Shown: positions 18,138-27,332, counted from the first letter of the stretch. The stretch is 64,000 nucleotides of DNA from Clostridia bacterium (GCA_045600705.1 JAZRYL010000042.1:15833-79832), one strand, 5' to 3'. Numbers and translations: made by a program. The notes: generated by a model from the letters alone, not told the origin.

Positions 18138-19433
18138 CTATTTTGCGTTCGGCAAGTATGCACCCAAGTTTTTAAGATTTTTCTGCAAAAGCGAAATATC
18201 AACTTTTCTTGTGTCTTCGGTGTCCTTTGCGACTGCGGCGGCAACACCTGCCGCTTGACCTGTGATAAAGCAACCGGGCATTACACGGACAGACGATTGC
18301 ATTTGTCTGTCGCAACCCATACATCTTCCTGCAACAAGCACGTTGGAAAATGAAACGGGAATAAGACTGCGGTAGGGAATACCGTATGATTCACCGGGCT
18401 TGTAGCGGAATGTTTTTTCATATTCCTGCATAAAGCGTTCGTATTCGTCGGGGTCGGTGGAATTAACGTGAATATCCACGGGATAACAGTATCTTCCGAT
18501 TTCGTCGTTGAATACCGCACGGTTTGCAAAGTCTTCCGCCGAAAGCATATAGTCGCAGTCAATTCTTCTTGATTCACGCACACCCAGCATGTCCGAGGTG
18601 GCAACAAGATTAAGATTTTTATAGTCGGAAAGGTATTCTTTGTAATATCTTTCGTATTCAAGCATGGATTTTCTGCCCCAAACCATGGCTTTTGTCATAG
18701 AACGCTCGTTAAGGGGGTCAGTTCCGAAAATGTGACCGATGTTTCCGCCGCCGATTCCTTTTTCGGCATTTGTGTCCGCCATTCCCGGAAGATGCAGGTC
18801 GGGATAGGTGAACACACCGTCTGCAATGGCTTTTTCAAGATATTTTCGGTCTGATTCCGTCTTTGGAAAGTCAATATTCGACCAAATGGAACAAAGCGTA
18901 GGTGGCATGGTGTTCATTGCGCTGTCGCCTAATTGGAATTTTCCACCTGCAAGGGCGCAAAGGTCGCCGTCACCGGTGCAATCAATGTAAATTTTCGCTT
19001 TTGCGGCAAACATTCCCGTTTTTGAGGTAAGCACAAGGTAATCTACCTTGTCGCCGATAACTTTTACGTCGCAAAGCGAGGTGAAAAAGGATAATTCCGC
19101 ACCCGACTCAATAATTGCGTCGTCATAGGCACGTTTAAGTTCCTCTATGCGAATGGGCGTCCACTCGCTTTCGATGGGAACGTGAGTTGAAATCTTTTTG
19201 CGAATTTCAAGACCTATGCCCGAAGCAACGAAGTTTTTTCCGTCGTAAAAAGTGGCAAAGGCAGGAACAAAACCTACTGTGCCCAAACCGCCTAACGAGC
19301 CACGTGCTTCTATTAAAAGAACGCCTGCACCGTTTCTTGCGGCGGCTATTGCGGCGGCAACTCCCGCAGGACCTCCGCCCACAACGATAACGTCCGTTTC
19401 GTATTTAATTTGAAGTTCTTTTGAATATAACAT
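18138..19433 (-). CDS. FAD-dependent oxidoreductase
   Basis: 431 aa with an N-terminal dinucleotide fold DVIVVGGGPAGVAAAIAAARNGAGVLLIE. Substrate unknown. Confidence 0.75.
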   Translation of the reverse strand: MLYSKELQIKYETDVIVVGGGPAGVAAAIAAARNGAGVLLIEARGSLGGLGTVGFVPAFATFYDGKNFVASGIGLEIRKKISTHVPIESEWTPIRIEELKRAYDDAIIESGAELSFFTSLCDVKVIGDKVDYLVLTSKTGMFAAKAKIYIDCTGDGDLCALAGGKFQLGDSAMNTMPPTLCSIWSNIDFPKTESDRKYLEKAIADGVFTYPDLHLPGMADTNAEKGIGGGNIGHIFGTDPLNERSMTKAMVWGRKSMLEYERYYKEYLSDYKNLNLVATSDMLGVRESRRIDCDYMLSAEDFANRAVFNDEIGRYCYPVDIHVNSTDPDEYERFMQEYEKTFRYKPGESYGIPYRSLIPVSFSNVLVAGRCMGCDRQMQSSVRVMPGCFITGQAAGVAAAVAKDTEDTRKVDISLLQKNLKNLGAYLPNAK

Positions 19434-19461
19434 TTTTTAACCTCCGAATTTGCATAAAAAT

Positions 19462-19489
19462 ATTATAACATAACTGCCACGCAGGTCAA
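19462..19489 (-). promoter_or_regulatory. sigma-A type promoter of the FAD oxidoreductase gene
   Basis: Minus strand TTGACC, 16 nt, TATAAT. Confidence 0.55.
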
Positions 19490-19530
19490 TACCGTTTTTG
19501 TAAACAAACACAGACAAAATATGATGAAAA

Positions 19531-19568
19531 AGCGCCCTGAAAGTTGATTTCAAGGCGCTTTTTTTTCT
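19531..19568. terminator. bidirectional hairpin terminator (serves the GNAT gene on the minus strand)
   Basis: AGCGCCCTGAAA..TTTCAAGGCGCT is flanked by an A-run and a T-run. Confidence 0.65.
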
Positions 19569-19633
19569 TTCGTTTGTATGCTTGATGAGCCGAATTTTGC
19601 CCTATATGGGGAATTTCTCGGTAAGAGCGAAAA

Positions 19634-20260
19634 TTATTCCAACTGTCCCGGAAGTTTAAGTTTTACCTTGGGCGGAAATAATTTGTCAAATTCCTCCGCC
19701 GCCGAACGGTCTACAAGATAGCACTGAGGCGTGGAGTATTCGCCCGATATTCCGTCAAGATATCCGGGAATAAGTTCTTTGCACAGAAAAAACGAGGAGT
19801 CTTCACCGTCGGGAAGTCCGTGATACCGAATACCGAATTCGCGGGCATAGGTAAATCCGCTTTTGCCGTAAAAGAGTATGTTTCCCTCAAAGCATAATGC
19901 ACCACAACCCATTTCGGCGGCTTTTTCAAGGGAATAATCAAGCAGAATTTTGCCGTAGCCCTTTCTTTTTAATTCCGGAACGATGCAAATGGGGCCCATG
20001 GTCATTATGGGAAGTTCACTGCCGTCGTCGCATTTTATTGATGTTTTCACAAATACGTTCTGACCGATTATTTTGCCGTCCTTTTCCATAACAATGTCAA
20101 GTTCGGGCACAAAATCTTCGCAAGTGCGCATTTGATTCAGCACGTAATGTTCTAAACACCCCTGACGGTAAACGTTCCAAAACGATTCCCTTACAAGGTT
20201 TTCTACTTCTCTGTATTCTTCTTTTTTCTCTAAACGAAAGATAATGTCATTTGATTTCAT
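19634..20260 (-). CDS. GNAT family N-acetyltransferase
   Basis: 208 aa from the ATG at 20260 (RBS AGGAGG). Acetyl-CoA motif IVPELKRKGYGKILL. The track ORF start at 20365 lacks an RBS. Confidence 0.8.
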   Translation of the reverse strand: MKSNDIIFRLEKKEEYREVENLVRESFWNVYRQGCLEHYVLNQMRTCEDFVPELDIVMEKDGKIIGQNVFVKTSIKCDDGSELPIMTMGPICIVPELKRKGYGKILLDYSLEKAAEMGCGALCFEGNILFYGKSGFTYAREFGIRYHGLPDGEDSSFFLCKELIPGYLDGISGEYSTPQCYLVDRSAAEEFDKLFPPKVKLKLPGQLE

Positions 20261-20482
20261 TATTTTTTTCCTCCTGAAAATTGTTGACTTCAATAATTCC
20301 GCAATAATGCCGAACTGAGGGAGGATTTGTGATTGCGCACAACCTCTCTCAGAGGCGTACTGCAATCTCCAATGTACCGATTTTTGTCAAAAAGCAATCT
20401 CCTAAAAATAAAAATATTCGGCGGTTTTACCCACCGAATATATTGTAGCATATAGTTTGTTTTTTGCAAGAAAATTTTTTTT

Positions 20483-20584
20483 CTACTTACTTTTCTTTCA
20501 AGAAAAGTAAGCAAAAGAACTTCCACTACTTTTCTTTGAAAAGAAAAGTAGCCAAAAGAAACTTTTATTTCGCTTTGCGGTAAT
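20483..20584. repeat. intergenic palindromic repeat family, two hairpin units plus tail
   Basis: CTTACTTTTCTTTCAAGAAAAGTAAG and CTACTTTTCTTTGAAAAGAAAAGTAG are followed by CCAAAAGAAACTTTTATTTCGCTTTGCGGTAAT. Confidence 0.7.
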
Positions 20585-20611
20585 AAAACAATCTTTTTTG
20601 TATAAATAAGG

Positions 20612-20751
20612 CTCCCTTGTGTAAAGGGAGCTGTCACGGAGTGACTGGGGGATTGTCTTGTAGGTAATACTAAAATAACTCATTTTTGTTAATCCTTTAT
20701 ATACAATCCCTCCGTTTCGCTGCGCTCAACACCTCCCTTTACACAAGGGAG
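20612..20751. repeat. 140-bp inverted-repeat element with terminal hairpins
   Basis: CTCCCTTGTGTAAAGGGAG (20612-20630) and CTCCCTTTACACAAGGGAG (20733-20751) are reverse complements, and each is itself a hairpin. Inner pair: GGGGGATTGT and ACAATCCCTCC. Confidence 0.5.
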
Positions 20752-20794
20752 ACTTTTTTTGGTAAAATGAATTATTGATGTAAATAAAAGCAAC

Positions 20795-20824
20795 GAAAAA
20801 AGGACGGTTTTGCCGTCCTTTTTG
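20795..20824. terminator. bidirectional hairpin terminator (likely 3' end of the lactate permease transcript)
   Basis: AAAAAGGACGG-TTTTG-CCGTCCTTTTT. Confidence 0.7.
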
Positions 20825-20840
20825 AATACAGTTTGTTCTG

Positions 20841-21074
20841 TCGCCACGAAGTGAGGTAAAAATTCTTTTGCTTACTTTTCTTATAAGAAAAGTAAGTTGC
20901 CACGAAGTGAGATAAAAGTTCTTTTCGCTTCCTTTTCTTACAAGAAAAGGAAGAAGAGTTCTTTTTGTTACTTTTTCTTACAAGAAAAAGTAAGAAGTAG
21001 TTTTCTTTGCTGCTTTCTTTTTCAAAAGAAAGCAGAGAAAAAAGAAAGCAGAGAAAAAAGAAAGTAGGAGAAAG
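20841..21074. repeat. array of four or five tandem palindromic units of the intergenic repeat family
   Basis: Successive hairpins: CTTACTTTTCTTATAAGAAAAGTAAG, CTTCCTTTTCTTACAAGAAAAGGAAG, TTACTTTTTCTTACAAGAAAAAGTAA and CTGCTTTCTTTTTCAAAAGAAAGCAG. Each is preceded by a (GCCACGAAGTGAGRTAAAAGTTCTTTT)-like head. The array then ends in the direct repeat AGAAAGCAGAGAAAAA. Confidence 0.7.
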
Positions 21075-22715
21075 TTAAACCTTAAACACAAACAGAGCAA
21101 CGAGGGCGACGATAATAACAACCGCCGTGTAAATTGCCGTAGGAATAAGATTTATGCGGATAATTTTTCCTTCTTTGCCGGACGAGCCAACCGTAGCGCA
21201 AGCGGCAACGGTGTTATTAACGCAAATCATATTACCCACAGCACCGCCGATTACCTGAAGTGCAACGATTATAACGGTGTTAAGGTCAAGGTTCATAGCG
21301 GACTGATATTGCAGGTTGGTGAACAAGGTGTCGGAAACGGTGTTAGAACCTGAAACGAATGCGCCCAAAATACCGATAAGCGGCGAGAAGAACACATAAA
21401 TTTTCTGACCGACCTTGGAAAGAGCTTCAGCCATGTAGAAAATCATACTTTTTGTTGCTTCGCTGTTTACGTCGTTGCTTCCCGAATAGCGCATAATTTG
21501 AACAAGCGCAAGACCGAAAACGATAGCGATAGCCGCACCGCTGATTTGCTTGAACGACTCGCCCCATGCTTCCTTTACGTCTTTAGTGCTCATTTTGTGC
21601 AGGAAAATCGTAATAATAGCAACTATAATGAAGAACGTGCCCGGCAAGAACGCCCATTTAAGGGTGTAAGCGGTGTTTTCAACGCCGAAAATCTTGGGAA
21701 ACTTAACAACAAGCGCATCACTTTGAAGCAATGACTTAATTCCCAATGCGGGAATACGGGTGATTACAAGAAGCACCGCAATAATAACATAGGGAATCCA
21801 TGCCATAATAAGCGGCATTTTTGATTCCTTGGCAACGGCAAGTTTCTGAGTTGCCTTCCATGATTCGTCCCATTCTTCTTCGGGGCCGAAATTCCACGTT
21901 CTTTTAGGAATAAGAAATCCCTTTTTGGCGGCAATTACGGTAATGGGCAGAGCAATCAATGCACCGAGAAGTGACGGGAATTCGTGACCGAACAGAGCGG
22001 AAATCACAACGTAGGGAATGTTGAAGCAAAGTCCTGCGAAAAGTGCAAAGGGCAGAACCTCAAGCGCCGGCTTGAAGGAACGTTCTTTGCCGAAGAACTT
22101 GCACATAAACGCAACAGCCATAAAGGGAACGAACACACCCATAACGGCATGGGGAATAGCCGTCCAAAGTGAAAGTTGAGTTCTGTATGCTTCGGTGGCA
22201 ATATCGGGACCTAAGCAGGCAATTGACTGAGCAACGGGTGTTCCGATAGCGCCGAACGAAACGGCGGTACTGTCGCAGATAAGTGCGGTAACTGCGGCGG
22301 CAACGGGCGGAAAGCCAAGGCTTACAAGAAGCGGACCTGCAAGAGCGGCAGGAGTTCCGAAGCCGGCGGCACCCTCGATAAAGGAAACGAACGTAAAGCC
22401 GACGATTATTGCCTGAATACGGGAATCATTGCTTACCTTCTTAAAGCCGTTGTTAATGGCGGACATTGCGCCGGACTTTTTAAGAGTGTTCATAACAAGA
22501 ATAGCGCCGAAAACGATTATCAGCACGTCAAGGGAACTGAGCGCACCTGCAAGGGAATATGCGATTACGGAAAGCAAATTCATTTTCCAGAAAACAAATC
22601 CGAAAACGCAGGCAAGAAGCCACGAAACGGGTAATGCAATTTTTGCCTTAATGTTGAATACCGACATTGCAATTACGCAAAACAAAATCGGTATAAATGC
22701 AAGTATAGCGTACAT
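21075..22715 (-). CDS. L-lactate (LctP/glycolate) permease family transporter
   Basis: 546 aa, polytopic. Overall pattern resembles the LctP family (N-terminal ILAFIPILF..; [21 protein letters not shown]; [11 protein letters not shown]). Confidence 0.78.
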   Translation of the reverse strand: MYAILAFIPILFCVIAMSVFNIKAKIALPVSWLLACVFGFVFWKMNLLSVIAYSLAGALSSLDVLIIVFGAILVMNTLKKSGAMSAINNGFKKVSNDSRIQAIIVGFTFVSFIEGAAGFGTPAALAGPLLVSLGFPPVAAAVTALICDSTAVSFGAIGTPVAQSIACLGPDIATEAYRTQLSLWTAIPHAVMGVFVPFMAVAFMCKFFGKERSFKPALEVLPFALFAGLCFNIPYVVISALFGHEFPSLLGALIALPITVIAAKKGFLIPKRTWNFGPEEEWDESWKATQKLAVAKESKMPLIMAWIPYVIIAVLLVITRIPALGIKSLLQSDALVVKFPKIFGVENTAYTLKWAFLPGTFFIIVAIITIFLHKMSTKDVKEAWGESFKQISGAAIAIVFGLALVQIMRYSGSNDVNSEATKSMIFYMAEALSKVGQKIYVFFSPLIGILGAFVSGSNTVSDTLFTNLQYQSAMNLDLNTVIIVALQVIGGAVGNMICVNNTVAACATVGSSGKEGKIIRINLIPTAIYTAVVIIVALVALFVFKV

Positions 22716-22747
22716 AGTTATTTCTCCTTAGTTCAATATCTTTCAGT

Positions 22748-22776
22748 ATTCTACAATAAAATCATATTAAAGTCAA
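22748..22776 (-). promoter_or_regulatory. sigma-A type promoter of the permease gene
   Basis: Minus strand TTGACT, 17 nt, TAGAAT. Confidence 0.55.
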
Positions 22777-22800
22777 TTATTTATATGCATTGTTTCACAC

Positions 22801-22838
22801 AAAAAAAGTCACGAACCGCCTGATTCGTGACTTTTTGT
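22801..22838. terminator. bidirectional terminator after hydA
   Basis: GTCACGAA-CCGCCTGA-TTCGTGAC is flanked by an A-run and a T-run. Confidence 0.75.
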
Positions 22839-22852
22839 TGTTGTGTTTTGAA

Positions 22853-24613
22853 TTACTTCTTGAACTTTTCCTTTACGGAATAGGTGGTGTGAAGCAATTC
22901 GTGAGCTTTATGACCGTTGGGCTCGCCGAGATAATCCTTGTAAAGAGCCATAACTTCAGCATTTTCGTGAGATTTTCTCTTTGCCTTTGAAGCATCCTCG
23001 TCATAAAGAACCTTTGCACGGAGTTCCTTAACGTTTACGCTCATAAGAGTCTTAGCGTTTACGATAGGCTGACCGCCACCGGTGATACAACCGCCGGGGC
23101 AGCACATAACTTCGATAAATGCGTAGTTCTTTTCGCCTGCTTTGATAGCTTTAAGAAGTTTTTCGGCATTAGCGGTTCCGTGAGCAACTGCAACAGCAAC
23201 TTTAGTGCCGTTGATGTCGATTTCAGCTTCCTTGATGCCTTCGAAGCCACGAACGTCGTGAAGTTCAACGTTTTCAAGCTCCTTGCCGGTAAGCTTAGCA
23301 TAAACGGTACGGAGAGCAGCTTCCATAACACCGCCGGTAGCACCGAAAATTACTGCGGCACCGGTGGATTCGCCCAAGATGCTGTCGAAATCTTCGTCGT
23401 CAAGATCGACAAAGTCAATACCTGCTGCCTTAACCATTCTTGCATATTCACGAACGGTAAGAACTGCGTCAACGTCTCTGAGGCCGTCTTTGTTCTTAAG
23501 TTCGGGACGCTGTGCCTCGTACTTCTTAGCGGTACAGGGCATAACCGAAACAACATAAATCTTAGCAGGGTCGATGTTCATCTTTTCTGCATAGTAGGAT
23601 TTGATGATAGCGCCGGTCATTTCGTGAGGCGACTTGCAGGATGAAAGGTTAGGAATAAATTCGGGGAAGAATTTTTCGCAATATGTGATCCATCCGGGTG
23701 AGCAAGAGGTGATCATAGGAAGAACACCGTTGTTCTGGATACGGTTGATAAGTTCTGTACCCTCTTCAAGGATAGTAAGGTCAGCACCGAAATCGGTTTC
23801 AAATACCTTGTCGAAGCCAAGACGGCGCATAGAAGCAACCATTTTGCCGGTTACGCCAGTGCCGATAGGCATACCGAATTCTTCGCCGAGAGCAGCACGA
23901 ACTGCAGGAGCGGGCTGAACAACAACGAACTTATCGGGATCTGCAAGAGCAGCCCAAACGTTGTCGATTTCGCTCTTTTCGTGAAGTGCGCCAACGGGGC
24001 AAGCTTCGATACACTGACCGCAGTTTACGCAGGGAGAATCAGCAAGTGAAACTCCGAAAGCGGGACCTACTGTTGACTTGAAGCCACGGTTGCCCATACC
24101 GATAGCACCGATGTGCTGAACGTTTTGGCAAGTAGCGATACAACGGCGGCAATGAATACATTTGCTGTTGTCACGAACGATTGACGGAGAAACTTCGTCA
24201 ATATCGGTGGGCTTGAAGGTCTTTTCGCCTTCGTATTTTGAATTTGTAATTCCGTATTCGTTAGCAAGAGCCTGAAGCTCGCAGGAGCCGGAACGAACGC
24301 AGGAAGTACATTCACGGTTGTGGTTTGAAAGAAGAAGTTCAAGGTTGTCCTTTCTAACCTGACGAAGCTTAGCGGTATTGGTCTTAACCTTCATACCCTC
24401 GCCTGCAGGCATAACGCAAGCAGCGGCAAGGCCTCTTGCACCTTCGATTTCAACCATACAGATACGGCAAGCGCCGATCTGGTTTACACCCTTAAGGTAG
24501 CAAAGTGTAGGGATGCTGATTTTTGCCGCTTTAGCAGCTTCAAGAACTGTTGTTCCTTCCGGAACGGTAACGGATACACCGTCAACGGTTAAAGTAATCA
24601 TTTTAGTTTCCAT
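22853..24613 (-). CDS. hydA: [FeFe]-hydrogenase catalytic subunit, multimeric NAD(P)-linked/bifurcating type (HydA/HndD-like)
   Basis: 586 aa with an N-terminal 2Fe-2S fold, a His-ligated and two Cys4 4Fe-4S motifs, and H-cluster motifs TSCSPGW (variant), MPCTAKKYEA and EVMCCPGGCITGGGQP. RBS GGAGGT. Confidence 0.92.
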   Translation of the reverse strand: METKMITLTVDGVSVTVPEGTTVLEAAKAAKISIPTLCYLKGVNQIGACRICMVEIEGARGLAAACVMPAGEGMKVKTNTAKLRQVRKDNLELLLSNHNRECTSCVRSGSCELQALANEYGITNSKYEGEKTFKPTDIDEVSPSIVRDNSKCIHCRRCIATCQNVQHIGAIGMGNRGFKSTVGPAFGVSLADSPCVNCGQCIEACPVGALHEKSEIDNVWAALADPDKFVVVQPAPAVRAALGEEFGMPIGTGVTGKMVASMRRLGFDKVFETDFGADLTILEEGTELINRIQNNGVLPMITSCSPGWITYCEKFFPEFIPNLSSCKSPHEMTGAIIKSYYAEKMNIDPAKIYVVSVMPCTAKKYEAQRPELKNKDGLRDVDAVLTVREYARMVKAAGIDFVDLDDEDFDSILGESTGAAVIFGATGGVMEAALRTVYAKLTGKELENVELHDVRGFEGIKEAEIDINGTKVAVAVAHGTANAEKLLKAIKAGEKNYAFIEVMCCPGGCITGGGQPIVNAKTLMSVNVKELRAKVLYDEDASKAKRKSHENAEVMALYKDYLGEPNGHKAHELLHTTYSVKEKFKK

Positions 24614-24633
24614 TATTATAACCTCCTACACTA

Positions 24634-26427
24634 TTATTGAACGCTGATAGCGCCGAACTTACAACCGCTCATACAAGCGCCGCACTTTATGCACTTCTTA
24701 GTGTCGATAACGTGGGGGTTCTTAACGGTGCCGGAAATTGCACCAACGGGGCAGTTACGAGCGCAAAGGGTACAACCCTTACACTTGTCGGCGTCAATAG
24801 TGTATTTTGCGAATGCCTTGCAGTAGTGAGCAGGACATTCCTGTTTGTAGATATGAGCTTCATATTCGTTGCGGAAGAAGTGGAGCGTTGAAAGTACCGG
24901 GTTGGGTGCTGTCTGTCCGAGACCGCAAAGTGAAGATGCCTTAATGGTATTGGCAAGCTGTTCAAGCTTTTCAATATCGCCGTCTTCGCCCTTACCGCTT
25001 GTGATCTTCGTAAGAAGCTCAAGCATACGGCGAGTACCGATACGGCAGGGAGTACATTTACCGCAGGATTCGTCAACGATGAATTCAAGGAAGAATTTAG
25101 CGATATCAACCATACAGTTGTCTTCGTCCATAACGATCATACCGCCGGAACCCATCATTGAGCCGATGGCAATAAGTGAATCGTAATCAACGGGAGTATC
25201 AATAAGGTCAGCAGGAATGCATCCGCCGGAAGGACCGCCGGTCTGAACTGCCTTGAATGCTTTGCCGTTGGGAATACCGCCGCCGATCTTGTAGATGATA
25301 TCCTTAAGGGGAGTACCCATGGGGATTTCAACAAGACCTGTGTGCTTGATCTTTCCGCCGAGAGCGAATATCTTTGTACCGGTTGATTTTTCGGTACCCA
25401 TTGACTTGAACCAGTCAGCGCCGTTAAGAATGATCTGTGCAACGTTAGCAAATGTTTCAACGTTATTTTCAACTGTGGGTGATTCGTAAAGACCCTTTAC
25501 TGCCGGATACGGAGGTCTGGGACGGGGTTCACCGCGCTTGCCTTCGATAGAAGTCATAAGAGCAGTTTCTTCGCCGCATACGAATGCGCCGGCACCAAGA
25601 CGGATTTCAAGGTCGAAATCAAATCCGGAACCGAAAATATTTTTACCTAAAAGACCGTATTCCTTTGCCTGGTCGATAGCGATCTGCAAACGCTTAACGG
25701 CGATAGGATATTCAGCACGAACGTAAACGTAACCCTTTGTTGCACCGATAGCATAGCCGGCAAGAGCCATACCTTCGATAATGCAGTGGGGGTCGCCTTC
25801 AAGAACGGAACGGTCCATAAATGCACCCGGGTCACCTTCGTCGGCGTTACATACAACGTACTTCTGAGGTGCTTTGTTGGGTGCGCAGAGTGACCATTTT
25901 CTGCCGGTGGGGAATCCGCCGCCGCCACGTCCGCGAAGACCTGATGCGCTTACTTCGTTAAGAATGTCCTGAGGAGTCATTGTAGTAAGTGCTTTGCCAA
26001 GAGCGGCATAACCGTCTTTTGCAATATATTCTTCGATGTTTTCGGGGTCGATAACACCGCAGTTTCTCAAAACTACACGCTTCTGGGGCTTGTAGAATGC
26101 GGTATCGTTAAGGGCAACCTTACCCTCAACCTTTTCATCGCCTGTGTCATTATATACAAGACGTTCAACAAGACGTCCCTTTACAAGATGTTCTTCAACG
26201 ATTTCCTTAACGTCTTCGGGTGTTACACGGCTGTAAAACGTTCCGTCGGGATATACGATTACTACCGGACCCAATGCGCAAAGACCGAAACAACCGGTCT
26301 GCACGATTTTAATTTCGTCCTGAATGCCGTTATTAGCTAAATTCTCTAAAAAGGCATCTTGGATTTTTTTGCTTCCTGAAGAGGTACAACCTGTACCGCC
26401 GCAGATAAGTACATGAGCACGAACCAT
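24634..26427 (-). CDS. hydB: NuoF-like flavoprotein subunit of the hydrogenase (HydB/HndC)
   Basis: 597 aa with an N-terminal thioredoxin-like 2Fe-2S domain (ICGGTGC..GCFGLCALGP), the FMN/NADH site GRGGGGFPTG, the SCGKCTPCR cluster, and two C-terminal ferredoxin CxxCxxCxxxCP motifs. Confidence 0.93.
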   Translation of the reverse strand: MVRAHVLICGGTGCTSSGSKKIQDAFLENLANNGIQDEIKIVQTGCFGLCALGPVVIVYPDGTFYSRVTPEDVKEIVEEHLVKGRLVERLVYNDTGDEKVEGKVALNDTAFYKPQKRVVLRNCGVIDPENIEEYIAKDGYAALGKALTTMTPQDILNEVSASGLRGRGGGGFPTGRKWSLCAPNKAPQKYVVCNADEGDPGAFMDRSVLEGDPHCIIEGMALAGYAIGATKGYVYVRAEYPIAVKRLQIAIDQAKEYGLLGKNIFGSGFDFDLEIRLGAGAFVCGEETALMTSIEGKRGEPRPRPPYPAVKGLYESPTVENNVETFANVAQIILNGADWFKSMGTEKSTGTKIFALGGKIKHTGLVEIPMGTPLKDIIYKIGGGIPNGKAFKAVQTGGPSGGCIPADLIDTPVDYDSLIAIGSMMGSGGMIVMDEDNCMVDIAKFFLEFIVDESCGKCTPCRIGTRRMLELLTKITSGKGEDGDIEKLEQLANTIKASSLCGLGQTAPNPVLSTLHFFRNEYEAHIYKQECPAHYCKAFAKYTIDADKCKGCTLCARNCPVGAISGTVKNPHVIDTKKCIKCGACMSGCKFGAISVQ

Positions 26428-26443
26428 TATTATTTACCTCCTA

Positions 26444-26782
26444 TTATGCCTTTATGTATTCAGCAACTGCTTTGCCCTGCATAAGATGTTTTTCAACAAC
26501 TTCCTTTGCTTTGTCAGCAGTCATATTTACATATACTGTTTTATTGCCGTTTTCGATAACCTCAACACCTTCAACAGCAGCGTCCATAGTTACCGAAACC
26601 TTGTCTGCCAAGCCGTTCCCGAAAACCGCTTCAACGAATGCGTTCAAAACGTCACGGGCGCCGGCATTGATTCCAGCTGTACCCATACCTACGACAACTC
26701 TGATATCCTTTAAGCCGTCACGAATGGTCATGGAATCTTTAACCTTGTCCTTTATTGCCTGAAGTTCAGCCAATGTTTTCAT
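26444..26782 (-). CDS. HydD/HndB-like thioredoxin-fold ferredoxin homologue lacking all cysteines
   Basis: 112 aa. IRVVVGMGTAGINAGARDV resembles the GMGTCGIAAGA region of 2Fe-2S ferredoxin-domain proteins, but the whole ORF contains no Cys. Confidence 0.65.
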   Translation of the reverse strand: MKTLAELQAIKDKVKDSMTIRDGLKDIRVVVGMGTAGINAGARDVLNAFVEAVFGNGLADKVSVTMDAAVEGVEVIENGNKTVYVNMTADKAKEVVEKHLMQGKAVAEYIKA

Positions 26783-26806
26783 AGTTAAATTTCCTTCCTA
26801 ATAAAA

Positions 26807-27325
26807 TTATTTTTGTTCGCCGTACTGTAAATTCAGTTCACGGCTCAACAGTGAAAAAATTTCACCGTCGCCCGAAAAAGTATCGCACAAAATCCTTTTA
26901 AGTCGGCGTGAGTCGATTTCTACACGCAAAAGTGCCGAATAATGTCTGAACACGAATTCCGTGTGCTTGTGGCAAAAAATCAAATCCGCCAAGGTTTGCG
27001 CCAACGATTTTTCGGAAAATATTATATCCCTTTTTTTGAAAAATGCCCGAACGCTCGTGCCTGCTCCCTCTTTTGAATTTATCAAAACGGAACGTGCCTC
27101 GCTTTTAAGCTGCTTTATGCCCTGCCCGAACCCCGTTCCCTGCTTTGAGGTGTATTCGCCTTTTTCAGCAAGCAAACGAACTTCTTCGGTCATTCCGCAG
27201 CCGTCGTCGGATATTTTCAATTCAGCCATTGCGCCATGCTCGAAAAGTTCGATATAAACGTTTCTCGCCCCTGCACTTACAGAGTTTTCCGCAATGTCAA
27301 GAATTATAAGGGAAAGTTCTCTCAT
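26807..27325 (-). CDS. GHKL (histidine-kinase-like) ATPase domain protein embedded in the hydrogenase operon
   Basis: 172 aa from the ATG at 27325. N-box ILDIAENSVSAGA, G1 box DDGCGM and G2-like QGTGFGQG. No DHp/His-phosphotransfer domain. Confidence 0.75.
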   Translation of the reverse strand: MRELSLIILDIAENSVSAGARNVYIELFEHGAMAELKISDDGCGMTEEVRLLAEKGEYTSKQGTGFGQGIKQLKSEARSVLINSKEGAGTSVRAFFKKRDIIFSEKSLAQTLADLIFCHKHTEFVFRHYSALLRVEIDSRRLKRILCDTFSGDGEIFSLLSRELNLQYGEQK

Positions 27326-27332
27326 AGAAAAA

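Noticed and set aside
18023-18353. Short ORFs (74-91 aa, both strands) between the MATE and FAD oxidoreductase genes
   Set aside because: They are translations of the palindromic repeat units (recurring LLLFLERKSNKK-type strings). They lack RBSs and overlap the 3' end of the oxidoreductase gene.
20290-20683. 115-aa and 61-aa minus-strand ORFs in the gene-free region
   Set aside because: Same reason: they are read-through of repeat hairpins and the inverted-repeat element, with no RBS and a low-complexity sequence.
20841-21074. Possible CRISPR array, suggested by regularly spaced repeats
   Set aside because: The units are themselves palindromes that abut one another with related (not unique) intervening heads. 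There are no spacer-like unique segments, no leader and no cas genes. The same unit is dispersed singly elsewhere.
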